Part shown: one piece after another, positions 14,070 through 26,861 of the stretch | Numbering within the stretch: position 1 is the stretch's first letter | Layout of the letters: each line of letters opens with the position of its first letter | From: Octopus vulgaris | Lineage: Eukaryota | Length of the DNA: 64,000 nucleotides | Direction of reading: 5' to 3' | Assembly (NCBI GenBank): GCA_951406725.2 | Contig: OX597819.1 | Location: forward strand, 16,058,001 to 16,122,000 | Notes under the pieces: generated by a model | The model's database searches: none | What the model was told of the DNA's origin: nothing | Seen by the model: only the letters and a program-made list of their open reading frames with translations | Position numbers and translations under genes: made by a program

Positions 14070-14672
14070 ATATATGCATATATACATATATACATACATA
14101 CAAGAGAAAGAAGACATCTGTCGACCATTAATAAGGAGTTTTCAAATCCAGTACCCAAGATACACCTTTCAGCTTCATACCCACTATTATTGGAGCAACA
14201 GGATACATACCGACCTGTCTGGAGCAAAGTATGGCTGAACTTGGGTTCTTGGGGAGTGAGAAAGAAAATCCTTAATTCACTATATCTTGGATTATAAAAA
14301 TCTGCAAGACCTTAATAGTTGAGGTAAGATGAAGAAAACGATATGCTTTCCTTCACAAGCTGGCCACCACGTATGTGGCGGGTCAAAATTTATTCTGAAT
14401 TAAAAAGCGAAAGAGAAGAACGTACATACATACAAACATACATGCTTAACAGCTACGATATTACTTTTACAGCAAGTTGGACAAAGGCGTTGTGCATTAT
14501 ATAACACTTTACAGCCCCACAGTTAGATATCAGTGTATTGTCTTCACAGTCAGGCTAACTGAGATGCTTCATATTAAGGCTGTTTCCAAATACACAGCAA
14601 TGTTATGTTCTCGTATTCGAACCCTGCACTTGCGTTCGCAGTTCATGAATTGGTTCTCTTCGACATCATTAC

Positions 14673-15045
14673 TTTATTACCTCCGCCTTAGCGAAGGTTA
14701 AGGTACAGTTTTCAGTCGTGTTTGTTTGTCCGTGGACAAGATATCTCAAGAACCGCTGGGTGGATTTGGATTAAATTTTTAGGGACGTTTGGCTTCATGA
14801 CTGGCATGAACTGATTAGAATTTGGGATCGATCCGTTGCCGGACAAGGATTCTGGATTATTTTTCCTTTTTTTTCTTCTTTTACTTAATTTTTGTCAGTG
14901 GTCGGGTTCATTTTTAGTTTTCTCATTTGTGAGTTGTCGAGTTTATTTAAGATATTCTCATTTTAAAAATCCTCTCTGACTAATCGTTGAGAGGACGTTA
15001 GTGTTGCCTTGGTGGAGGTTTGCACTCCCTGAGTGTTTTTCTTAC
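14673..15045 (+). mobile_element. Helentron-associated non-autonomous element (HINE/DINE-1-like)
   Basis: 5' TTATTACCTCCGCC, GTTT microsatellite, 3' subterminal inverted GGTGGAGGT followed by hairpin GCACTC-CCT-GAGTGT and a T-run. Confidence 0.7.
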
Positions 15046-15462
15046 TTTTGTAATTTTCCTTATGATGTCATTACAGTACGTAACAGCAGTACGACAGAAG
15101 CGCTATTACGTACTGTAATGATACAACAGCGTCATTGATATTAAATAGTCATTAGAAAATTTACTCTTTTGCACTAATTAGCAAACATGAAACCGAAGCG
15201 AAGTACGTTCCGTTCTCTACAGAATTTTAGGCAAGTGCGCGCGCAGAAGTGCACATACGTACAAGCACGTGCACATCAACTACCACACACACAACTACAT
15301 TCTAATACAATTTCACACAGTCATAAAGGCACAAATACACGCAAGCAACCATGCACAAATATATACACATTTATTTTCCTATACTTACATTGTCAACATG
15401 TGGTTACTAACAAATTTAGTTAATTGCTAATAAATATTAATACTGTGCATGAGTGTATATTC

Positions 15463-15493
<31 letters not shown>

Positions 15494-15612
15494 TGTATGT
15501 ATGTATGTATGTATGTATGTATGTATGTATAATACACACATATATATAACAATATAATGTGATATATATATATTTATGTGTGTGTATATATATATATATG
15601 TATATATATGTA

Positions 15613-15730
<118 letters not shown>

Positions 15731-15749
15731 CACACACACATATATATAG

Positions 15750-15935
15750 TAAAAATTTACAAAAAAGAAAAACAAAAGACGGGTGTGTAAACAACAAACA
15801 GATGTATTAAGTTTAACGCTCGGGAAGTGGGAAAGTCTTTTACGTTTCGAGCCTACGCTCTACGACAGAAAGGAACACAAATTAACAGGGAGAAAAAAAA
15901 AAAAAAAGGTTTAGTGGCTAGCGATCATTCATGGC
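15750..15935 (-). mobile_element. Penelope-like terminal fragment with degenerate minimal hammerhead motif
   Basis: 15837-15872 minus: CTTT-CTGTCGT-A-GAGC-GTAG-GCTC-GAAA-C-GTA-AAAG, then T-rich tail; flanked by (TA)n; related fragment at 52540-52595. Confidence 0.6.
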
Positions 15936-15963
15936 GATATGTATATGTATATATATATATATA

Positions 15964-16095
15964 TAGCGGTTCGGCAAAAGAGACCGATAGAATAAGTACT
16001 GGGCTTACAAAAGAATAAGTCCCGGGGTCGAGTTGCTCAATTAAAGGCGGTGCTCCAGCATGACCGCAGTCAAATGACTGAAACAAGTAAAAGAG
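15964..16095 (+). mobile_element. SINE family A, 3' part
   Basis: AGCGGTTCGGCAAAAGAGACCGATAG...GACTGAAACAAGTAAAAGAG. Confidence 0.8.
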
Positions 16096-16521
16096 TATAT
16101 AAATACGTATATATGTGTGTGTATGCGTACACACATACGCACACACACACATAAACATATACGCACACGCAAATGCTTGCATGAGGTATAAAATTACAAT
16201 CTTGTTAACGAGTGTTTATAAATTAAGAATAATTACCAGAATATCTGAACCCGCAATGAGGCAACTTCAAAAGACGAAATTTGGTGGGAACCGAATGAAA
16301 ACCTATAGTTTTTGACGTTATTCATTAACAAATAATAATTAACACTGGACCTTAATAAACAGGGGTTTCATCGAATCCATTCATCACATCGTTTCGTACA
16401 TGTGATAGCAACAAGTAATTTGATCTATATACTCACACCCCTCCCCACCTCTCTTCCTTTCTATCCATTTAATCCCAGAGTATTACTGTGCGAGTCTCAT
16501 ACTTTATCATTGTCTCTCTGC

Positions 16522-16554
<33 letters not shown>

Positions 16555-16710
16555 TCTCTCTCTCTCTCTCACTCTCTTATTCTCTCTCCTTCTCACACTC
16601 TTGCACTCTTTTTTGTTTCTCTCTTTTTCTCTCACTCCTCCCTCTCTCCCTCCCTGTCTCTTACTCTCTTTTTTTGTAAATATGAAAAAAAACCGAATTG
16701 TGATAAATAT

Positions 16711-16923
16711 ACTCTTTTACTCTTTTACTTGTTTCAGTCATTTGACAGCAGCCATGCTGGAGCACCGCCTTTAGTCGAGCAAATCGACTCCAGGACTTAT
16801 TCTTTGTAAGCCTAGTACTTATTCTATCGGCCTCTTTTGTCAAGCCGCTAAGTTACGGGGACGTAAACACACCACCACCTGTTGTCAAGCGATGTTAGGA
16901 GACAAACACAGACACACAAACAC

Positions 16924-17008
<85 letters not shown>

Positions 17009-17165
17009 CGACTGGCTTCTTTCAGTTTCCGTCTACCAAATCCACTCACAAGGCTTTGGTCGGCCAGAAGCTATAGTAGAAGACACTGGCCCAAGGCGCC
17101 ACGCAGTGAGAATGACCCGGAACCATGTGGTTTGTAAGCAAGCTACTTACCACACAGCCAGTCCT
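16711..17165 (-). mobile_element. SINE family A
   Basis: Matches the copy at 201-617 with expanded internal (CA)n. Confidence 0.85.
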
Positions 17166-17390
17166 ATATATTTTGGAGGTGGAGACATGATCCCATGACC
17201 TTTACAGACGACCTCCCTCCACCTCTTGCTAGGGGAAGTCGATGCGAGGATGTTGAAGGTTTACCTTGAACAGCTTGTACATGTAGCATGCATTACAGGG
17301 AGGCGCAGTCAGGAGGAAGAAAGACGGGTCAAAAGGTTTAGCGCAGAATTTTTGTTTTTTGTCTTTCAAGTGTGTGGCGGCGGGAAGGTG

Positions 17391-17497
<107 letters not shown>

Positions 17498-18210
17498 ACT
17501 GGTGAAAAGAACATGAAAAGAGGGAACATCAAATAGGGCTAGATGAAGTTGTATGGAACTTGCTGGATCAGGGCCTTGGAAACCATTGTTGTTGTTGTCG
17601 TTGTTGTTGTTTCAGTTCATCTCTGACTGAGCAGGGGGCATGATCAAAAATTTGATGATGCGAAACATTCCAGCCGTGATCATCGCACGTTTTTTTTCTA
17701 ATACTGTTGTTTGTACTTTGCACAATATGCATTTTTAAAGCAAGATGTGATTTGAAGGAGATTTGGCTGCTATTTCAAGCTTGTAGAGCCCACATAGAGG
17801 TTTACCCAGTGGAGAAAACTTGGTAGTAGTAGTAGTAGAAGAAGAAGAAGATGTACAGAGATGGCACATTGTATTTTAGAACTAATTCTCTGGTGTGCTA
17901 TTAATTCCTTTCGTTGGATGGCATTTGTATTGGAGGTGATCGGCACATGTTTTGCATGTCAGCTAAAGAAGTTTTAGTTATAATCTAGACAAGATTTCGA
18001 AGTCATCTTAAGGTGACCAAAAAATGTTTGCAATGCCGTCTAAAGTGTTTACTGAAAATAGTCTCTGCATATTTTGGAAGTAGTAAAAATATGCCCTCGA
18101 TGTGGTCTATGTTTGTCTGGTGAGATTTACTGATGTAATCGACATGGTTTATATAGTAGAAAATTACAATTATAAAATCTTACAACGTGAGATATTCAGC
18201 AACAGTACTT

Positions 18211-18616
18211 TGTAGTAAAGATTGTTTGCCAACATAACATGGCAGTCCTGGCTTAGGACGAATGTTGCTGTAATTTAGCCCCAGGAAGATATCGTCTCCA
18301 GCTGGCTATACGACACGATCTGTGTCCTTATATTTTCGAACAAGGGAATCTAGTATCCCCACTCACATCAAAACAATATCTGTGTATCGCGATTTCTGGG
18401 TTATTTCTCTTCATCAATACAGAATAATTGTTCGGCTGGAGGTGGCGCTGCCAAATTCCCGTTCGAAATATATATATATTTCCTTGTTCGAAAATATAAG
18501 GACACAGATCGTGTCTTATAGCCAGCTGGAAACGATGTCTTCCTGGGGCTAAATTATAGCAACATTAGTCCGAAACCAGGACTGCCATGTTATGTTGGCA
18601 AACAATCTTTACTACA
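18211..18616. mobile_element. Element with ~135-bp inverted arms and a hammerhead-like motif in the spacer
   Basis: TGTAGTAAAGATTGTTTGCC...TTCGAACAAGG at 18211-18345 is inverted at about 18481-18616; divergent single arm at about 27690-27812. Confidence 0.75.
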
Positions 18617-18639
18617 TGGTTTATATGTGTTCAGACTAT

Positions 18640-19940
18640 AACCAAAACATGTTTAGACGACTTTCAGAATATGTTTAATACATATCGAAAACTTTGTTAG
18701 ACCACATCGAATGCATGCTTAGACGAATCCAAACAATCCAAAACATTTTTTAGCTCACATCAAATACGTGTTTAGATCATATTCAAAACATATTTAGCTC
18801 ACTGCCAAACCAATGTTGATACCACTTCAAAAGCATGCTGGGAACTCATATATAACATGTTTAAACTACTCAAAGAATGTTTAAATAACTTCAAGGATAT
18901 GTTTAGATGATATCCAAAAGCCCACATCCAAAGCAATTTTTAAAATTACATAAAAAATAAGTCCAGACGTCACTGAAACATGTAAATGACCTCGAAGGCA
19001 TATTTAGATTACTGGCAAAAATGTTTAGACTATATCAAATATCAAGTGTAAGCCAAATTCAAAAGTTGTTTAAATTATGCCCAAACCATGTTTAGACTAC
19101 TTTCAAAACATGATTGCACTTTATCCAAAACATGGTTAGACCACTTCAAAAACATGCTTAAAACAGACGCAAAACATGTTTAAATAACATCCAAAACCTG
19201 CTTAGGCCAATTCCAAAACAAATGTCTTCCAATTGATTGTGAATTATTTCGTCACCAACATAATCTAGGCTGTTACATACAAGATATAACTGAGGAGTGT
19301 TTTGGATGTGATTTAAGCATATTTGGAATTTGGAAGGGATCATAACTTGTTTTAGATGTAATCTGAAATGGAAGGGATCTAAACTGGCTTTGGGTGTCGT
19401 CTAAATAGGTTTCAGATTTGGTCTTAACATGTTTTTTTTTATGGGACCTAAACGTCCTTTGGATGTAGTCTAAACACTGCATCATTTGAACATGTTTTAG
19501 ATGCCATGCGAAAATATTCTGGGTGAAGGCAACCATGTTTCAGATATGATCTTAACATGTCTTCGAAGTGGTTTATGCTTTGGAGTTGGTTGAAAAGTGG
19601 TCTAAACGTGGCTTAAGCAAGTTTTTGAAGTAGTCTAGATATCAGTCTGAAACTAGTCTAAACATGTTTTGAAATGGTTTCAAGATAATTTGGATGCGGG
19701 CTAAACATGATTTTCATGTGATCTATACACGTTTCAGATGGGTTTTAGCGGTATTATGATGTAATTCACCAACAAAGTGTTTAGATGTAAACACAATTTG
19801 GATGTCAGTCATACATATATTAAAAGCAGTCTAAGCATGTTTAAAATGTGGTCTAAGCATGTTTTGTATTTTATCTTGATACTTCATTAGGTGTCTAAAT
19901 AGTGTAATCATGTGGTTTAAACATTTCTAAAGTGGTCCTT
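18640..19940. repeat. Foldback-like structure: two inverted arrays of a degenerate ~22-bp unit
   Basis: Approximate unit CCAAAACATGTTTAGACCACAT at 18640-19215 and its complement ATGTGGTCTAAACATGTTTTGG at 19290-19940. Confidence 0.75.
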
Positions 19941-21042
19941 TCAGATGTATCAGAACAAAGTGAAAGATATGGTGTTGTTAAAATGATTTTGTTTTGTATT
20001 CTGTAGAGTTGTAGAAGAGTCTGGACTGAATGGGAGAAATAATGGTTTTAGGCATAAGTCATTCAGTTTCACACAGCCCCGCCACCACCACAACTCTTAT
20101 AAATTTTCGTGACTCAAGCAATAACCATCTTATCAGTTATTATGACTTAAACAACAACCATCTTATTGTGACACAGATAATTGTTAGTATCTCAATCCTC
20201 AGATTTTGCAGCACAAATCATCATCTCCATACCATTATCCTGTTGATTCTGGTGCCTCAGATCTCCTCTGGATAACTAATTCTGTTTACGTATTCGCTCA
20301 ATGGAGAGCAACAGCTTATGGTAGAGTCACTAGAGCGTTGGATAAGAAATGCCACATGGTGTTTGTCCTGAGTCTCTGTACTTCGTGTTCAAATCTCATC
20401 GAAGTCATCTTTGCCTTTCCTTCATCCGGGGTCAATACAAAGTAGCGATCGAGGGCAGCGGATAAGTGGAAGTCTTAGATCAATAACTGCAGTGACGCTA
20501 GTACCTAGTTGTACCATCCTCAAAGTCGGTGCCCTTTTCCCTGAGGACAATATCAGTTGTGTGGGGAGGACATACTTCATTGACAACGGACAGCTTTCTT
20601 TGAAAACCAGCCGTGCCTGCGTATACAGGTGTTGGTGCATGGCCAGCTGAGACTGTCGAAAGGGATCTGATCTGACCACCTCCACCGCCGCCACCACAGT
20701 GGCAGAAACCATACCTAATCCATCAAATTTAGTGAAACACACTGTCGCTAACTTAAGGATTCTCTTGGCATATATCATCAATTAGTTACCGATTCTGTTG
20801 ACATATGACATAATTAATTTATTAATTCATGTGACACAAACTAGCACAAGTTTCCACACACTGATGACAAAGACCATTCAAATATTACAATTCTGATGAC
20901 ACGCTATCAGTAAACTACTGTTACCAGACCTATCGCTATTGGCAGACCAGTTCCGGTGACTAAAGTGGTTTATGTATAACACAGCAGTTTCATCATACTG
21001 TGTTTAATTAATTGGTATTTGTAATCAACATTAACTAATGGA

Positions 21043-21104
<62 letters not shown>

Positions 21105-22070
21105 GTGTGGAGGCGTAATGGCCCAGTGGTTAGGGCAGCGGACTCGCGGTCGTAGGATCGCGGTTTCGATTCCCACACCGGGCATTGCGAGTGTTTATTG
21201 AGCGAAAACACCTAAAAGCTCCACGAGGCTCTGGCAGGGGGTGGTGGCGATCCCTGTTGTACTCTTTCGCCACAACTTTCTCTCACTCTTTCTTCTATTG
21301 GCCTGCTCGCTTAGCCAGTGTAGTGGTGTTATTTGAAGGCTAAAACAATGCTAAGCGCATTGTGACCAGCGATGTGTAGCTACATTTGATAGCCTGGGCG
21401 GTCACGGTGATATATATATATATATAAAAAGGAAATGAAGAAAATGCTGACAAAATAATTTAAGTAAGAGAGAGTGTATTTAATTAGGTGAAAGTTCTTT
21501 TTACCGGTTGCGCATTTGTCATGCTTATCAAAAGATATTTTTTAAAGAGAGATAGAGTGTTCCTTTCTGATAGATTTTTTTCTCTTATCTATGTATATAT
21601 ATATATATATATATCCATTCATATATCGTTCCTATGTTATTTAGAAAACAAGATAAATTTCCATCAGTTATCAATTAAATGATGCTCAAGCAACGCATGT
21701 TTCCTGATCATCGTGGCTTAAAGCGATTCTAAGCGATAGACACGTCTACTTAATATTCACGTATTTATTTTTGATATTTTCGCTCCCAGATTATTTTATA
21801 AAGAGTGAAAACCGAGAATGAGTTGCCGTAGAGAGGACACAATGACCACTTTCTGAAACCTCAAATTCTCTCAGAGCTTGTGCAAAGGACGCGGCCAGAA
21901 AGAATAAAACCGCCTCAGGCTGTGGTTTCTTTTCTGTTTTTGTTATAAAATACTTTACCTTGACACCAGACAGGTGGCAAAGCAGTATGTAAACACTAAA
22001 ATCCTTTCCGGCCGAGGAATAAATTTATACATATATAAATACGTGCATATAAATACATGCACATTCCATT

Positions 22071-22144
<74 letters not shown>

Positions 22145-22256
22145 ACACACACAAAAGCATACATATACATGAACACAGACGTAAATATATGCACATATAT
22201 CTATGTATATATGCATATATACATGAACAAGTATCATTGTAGATGCACACCTGCAA

Positions 22257-22292
<36 letters not shown>

Positions 22293-23027
22293 ATGTATAT
22301 ATACAAATATATATATACATATATATATGTGTGTATATATATATATATATCTATATAGAGAAATATTATATATGTATATATATATATATATAGGTATATA
22401 TACATGTTTATATATGTATTTATATATTCCTGTATGTGTTGAGCACTCATTCGCACTGTTTGATATTAGTGTGTATATATAAAACTACATGCAGACATAT
22501 ACTCATACAAATCATACATACACATCAATGCACATTCATATACAGTTTATATATACATATATGTATAAGGATGAAAAGGAACACACGAGTTGATATATAT
22601 GATAAAACAAGTCAAGATAGAAAATGGTAAAATAATTTTATAAAGAACATTTCAGTACCAAACTCAGTACTGAAATATTTCTTTACTCATTTATTTTACC
22701 ATTTTCTATCTTGAACTTGTTTTATCCTTATATATCAACTCGTGTGTTCCCTTAAATCATATACATATATGTATATATAAACTGTATATGGATATGTGCA
22801 TTGATGTATGTATGATTTGTATGAGTATATATCTGCATGTAGTTTATATATACACACTAATATCAAATAATTCTGAATGAATGCTCAACCCACATACAGA
22901 AATATATAAATACATATATAAACATGTATATATACTTATATATATATATATATACATATATAATACTCTCTATATAGATATATATACACACATATATATA
23001 TGTATATATATATTTGTATATATACAT

Positions 23028-23061
<34 letters not shown>

Positions 23062-23192
23062 TTACAGATATGCATCTACAATGATACTTGTTCATGTATA
23101 TATATATACACATAGATATATGTGCATATATTTACGTCTGTGTTCATGTATATGTATGCTATTATGATTATTATAATAATAATAATAATAAT

Positions 23193-23237
<45 letters not shown>

Positions 23238-25525
23238 AATGGGATATTATATTATATGCACGTATTTATATATGTATAAATTTATTCCTCGGCCAGAAAA
23301 GTTTTAGTGTTCATACTGCTTTGCCACCTGTCTGATGTCAAACAAAGTGTCGTATAACAAAAACAGAAAAAGTACCACAGCCTGAGGCGGTTTGTGCAAC
23401 TTGCGTGCGTCCTTGCACAAGCTCTGAGAAATGAAAGTGGTCATTGTGACTCCTCGCTACTGCAGCAGCTATTCTCAGTTTTCCTGCTATAAGAAAAAAA
23501 AGACTGAAAATATCAAATAAATACGTGAGTAATTAAGTAGATTGTCTGTCGCTTAGAATCGCTTTAAACGATAAGCTTAGGAAAATATGCATTCTTGAGC
23601 ATCATTTTGTCTGAGGTATCTTATGTTTTCAACTATAAAGTGATATACAATCGATCTACGTATATCATATATATATACATAGATAAGAAAAAAATCTATC
23701 AAAGGAACACTCCATCTCTCTTTAAAAAATATCTTTTGATAAGCATGACAAATGGCGGATAAAGCCACTATTCATATTTCTCTTACTTAAATTGTACCTC
23801 GTTGTCACCATTTATTTCACTTATATATATATATATATATATATCATATATATATATATATATATCGCCTGCTGGGTTCGGCTATGCATTGATTTTTAGC
23901 CTCAAATAACACCACTGAAACTAGTCTGCAGATGCCTAGAAAGAGTGAGGAAAGGGTTGGCTCTCCTACCTGTTCGAAGTTTATAATGCACATAAGTTCG
24001 TTGTCAATAGCATAGCTAATGAGGCGATGGTCTCTTGGGCCGGCCATATCACACATATATATATATATAATATTATGTCATATTAGCTTGGCGATAACTA
24101 TTAATACATATATATAATATAATATATATATATATAATAGTTACAAATCCAAACAATATGATAAGCACTGTGAAAAGAACACAACAACGCGAGGACGTGG
24201 AACAAATCTAGTAGTTATTGGATGTCATCAGGAATTGTAATAGGAAAGGTCTTTTAAAATATGTGGCGGAGCTCTTCGTCGGAAACATAGAAGGAAAGAT
24301 CCAGAGTCAACAGAACAAAAAAATATGCCAACGGTACACACGAGGTCACATAGCAGTGTGTTTCCATGGATTAGGTATTCTGCCACTCAGAAGGCTTTGG
24401 TCAGGTCGAGGTCAGATCAGTAGACAGACGCTTTATACAAAGATGTCACGCACCGAGGACTGAATTGTCCTCGGAACCGATGAGGATTTAGAAGCAAGCT
24501 TCTTACCACAACCACGTCAGGCGCAGTTATATATACTAAGACTTATATATATATATGATCACCACCTGTGACCGATGAAGGAGGCAAATGACTCGATGGT
24601 TGAACACATTGAGACTGGACACAATGCGTTCGCATTGGTATTTTAGCCTCTACCCTGGCTGGCTAATGCAAGCAGGATACAGAAGAAAGAGTGGTGATCA
24701 GAGGAGTCTGAGGCACCAGAATCACAGGGAACTTCGTGGAGATGATGATTTATTCGCTCAATTTGAGGGTAACTAACAATTATCACAATGTCACAATAAG
24801 ATGGTTGTTGTTTGTAACTGATAAGATGTCCATTGCTTGAGTCCCTAACTACTGGACTATTGCGCCTGTACACACATACATACATACATATATGCATGCA
24901 TGTATGTATGTATGAGTACAAAACGTATAATGCATTTAGCTAATGCTTTCTTTGTATCTCTCTCAAAAACTTAAATGGTTTCTACATGATTATGCTTCTT
25001 GTCCTCCTTTTCACCGCGTTTTACTTTCATGCTTCCACATTTTTTTAAGGACATGCTTTTCCCTACTTTTAAGTATATGTATGACTGACATCCAAATTGT
25101 GTTTACATCTAGACATGTACATCTTTAAAAGTTGTCTGGGATGATAGATCAATGAAAATCATGTTTAAATAAATCAACCATTTTCAAAACATGTTTAGAC
25201 TCAGACTGATCTCTAGACTATTCAAAAACTTGCTTAATACGTTTATAACTTTTCAACCAACCAAAGCATAAAACAGTTTTAAGATATCTGAGAACATGGT
25301 TGCTTCACAAATTTTGAGCATCTAAAACATGTTCAAATGATGCAGTGTTTACCAATTCATTCCCATAAAAAACAAGACCAAATCTGAAACCTACTGAACG
25401 ACACCCAAAACAGTTTAGACTTCCATTTCAGATTACATCAAAACAAGTTATGATCCACTCAACGGAATATGAGGAGGAGGAGAAGAACTCCTAAAGTCAT
25501 CCTAACAGCCTACTTATGTTGCATA
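19260..25525. repeat. ~6.3-kb imperfect palindrome with apex at 22659-22666
   Basis: ATTTCAGTAC-CAAACTCA-GTACTGAAAT at the apex; mirrored blocks 21420-22658/22667-23830, 20120-20270/24690-24830 and 19260-19860/25030-25525. Confidence 0.85.
21108..21410 (+). mobile_element. SINE family C head with second tail type
   Basis: tRNA-like head then GCCTGCTCGCTTAGCCAG...GCGCATTGTGACCAGCGATGTGTAGC...GGTCACGGTGA. Confidence 0.8.
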
Positions 25526-25533
25526 GAATATCT

Positions 25534-26089
25534 AAACAAGGACATACAAACGGATTAAGTCGATTATATAGACCCCAGTGCGTAACTGGTACTTATTTAC
25601 TCGATCCCGAAAGGATGAAAGGCAAAGTCGACCTCGGCGGAATTTGAATTCAGAAGGTAACGGCAGACGAAATACCGATTTCTTTACTACCCACAAGGGG
25701 CTAAACACAGAGAGGACAAACAAGGACATACAAACGGATTAAGTCGATTATATAGACCCCAGTGCGTAACTGGTACTTATTTACTCGATCCCGAAAGGAT
25801 GAAAGGCAAAGTCGACCTCGGCGGAATTTGAATTCAGAAGGTAACGGCAGACGAAATACCGATTTCTTTACTACCCACAAGGGGCTAAACACAGAGAGGA
25901 CAAACAAGGACATACAAACGGATTAAGTCGATTATATAGACCCCAGTGCGTAACTGGTACTTATTTACTCGATCCCGAAAGGATGAAAGGCAAAGTCGAC
26001 CTCGGCGGAATTTGAATTCAGAAGGTAACGGCAGACGAAATACCGCTGAGCATTTCGCCCGGCGTGCTAACGTTTCTGCCAGCTCGCCA
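25534..26089 (-). mobile_element. SINE family B trimer (one head plus 184-bp tandem units)
   Basis: AAACAAGGACATACAAACGG at 25534, 25718 and 25902; a single head ends at about 26089. Confidence 0.85.
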
Positions 26090-26117
26090 CTAATCTGTCA
26101 ACATTACCAAATATGTA

Positions 26118-26340
26118 AGGCGGTTAACTGGCAGAATCGTTAGCATGACGGGAAAAATGCTCAGTGGCATTTCTTATGATTGTACGTTCTGAGTTCAAAT
26201 GCTGTCGCGGTCACCTTTGCCTTTCATCCTTTCCGGGTCGATAGAATAAGTACCAGTTGAGCTCTTGGATCGATGAAATCGAATAGGCCTCTCTCCCAAA
26301 ATTTCTGGCCTTGTGCTTGTTTTAGAAAGTATATTAGAAA
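26118..26340 (+). mobile_element. SINE family B, divergent
   Basis: GGCGGTTAACTGGCAGAATCGTTAGC...GCCTTTCATCCTTTCCGGGTCGAT. Confidence 0.7.
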
Positions 26341-26430
26341 GAAATATTACCAAATATATAGCGGTTTTGAATTTTCGAGGTTAAACATTGCAGGTTCGAA
26401 CACGAGGAAGGCTGCACGTTTGAAGGCTAT

Positions 26431-26648
26431 ACTCTTTACTCTCTTTACTCTTTTACTTGTTTCAGTCATTTGACTGCGGCCATGCTGGAGCACCGCCTTT
26501 AGTCGAGCAAATCGACCCCGGGACTTATTCTTTGTAAGCCCAGTACTTACTCTATCGGTCTCTTTTGCCAAACCGCTAAGTGACGGGGACGTAAACACAC
26601 AAGCATCGGTTGTCAAGCAATGCTACGGGGACAAACACAGACACACAA

Positions 26649-26698
<50 letters not shown>

Positions 26699-26861
26699 GT
26701 ATATACGACAGGCTTCTTTCAGTTTCCGTCTACCAAATCCACTCACAAGGCATTGGTCGACCCGGGGCTATAGCAGAAGACACTTGCCCAAGATGCCACG
26801 CAGTGGGACTGAACCCGGAACCATGTGATTGGTTAGCAAGCTACTTACCACACAGCCACTC
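26431..26861 (-). mobile_element. SINE family A
   Basis: Matches the copy at 201-617. Confidence 0.85.

Noticed and set aside
18640-19940. 22-bp repeat array as CRISPR or iterons
   Set aside because: Contiguous degenerate units with no spacers and no cas or rep genes
24130-24690. Apparently novel chimeric element
   Set aside because: Scrambled fragments of repeats already present in the window, inside the suspect palindrome arm; likely low-quality consensus
25534-26089. Regular repeats as a CRISPR array
   Set aside because: Identical 184-bp units with no unique spacers; they are SINE bodies in eukaryotic DNA
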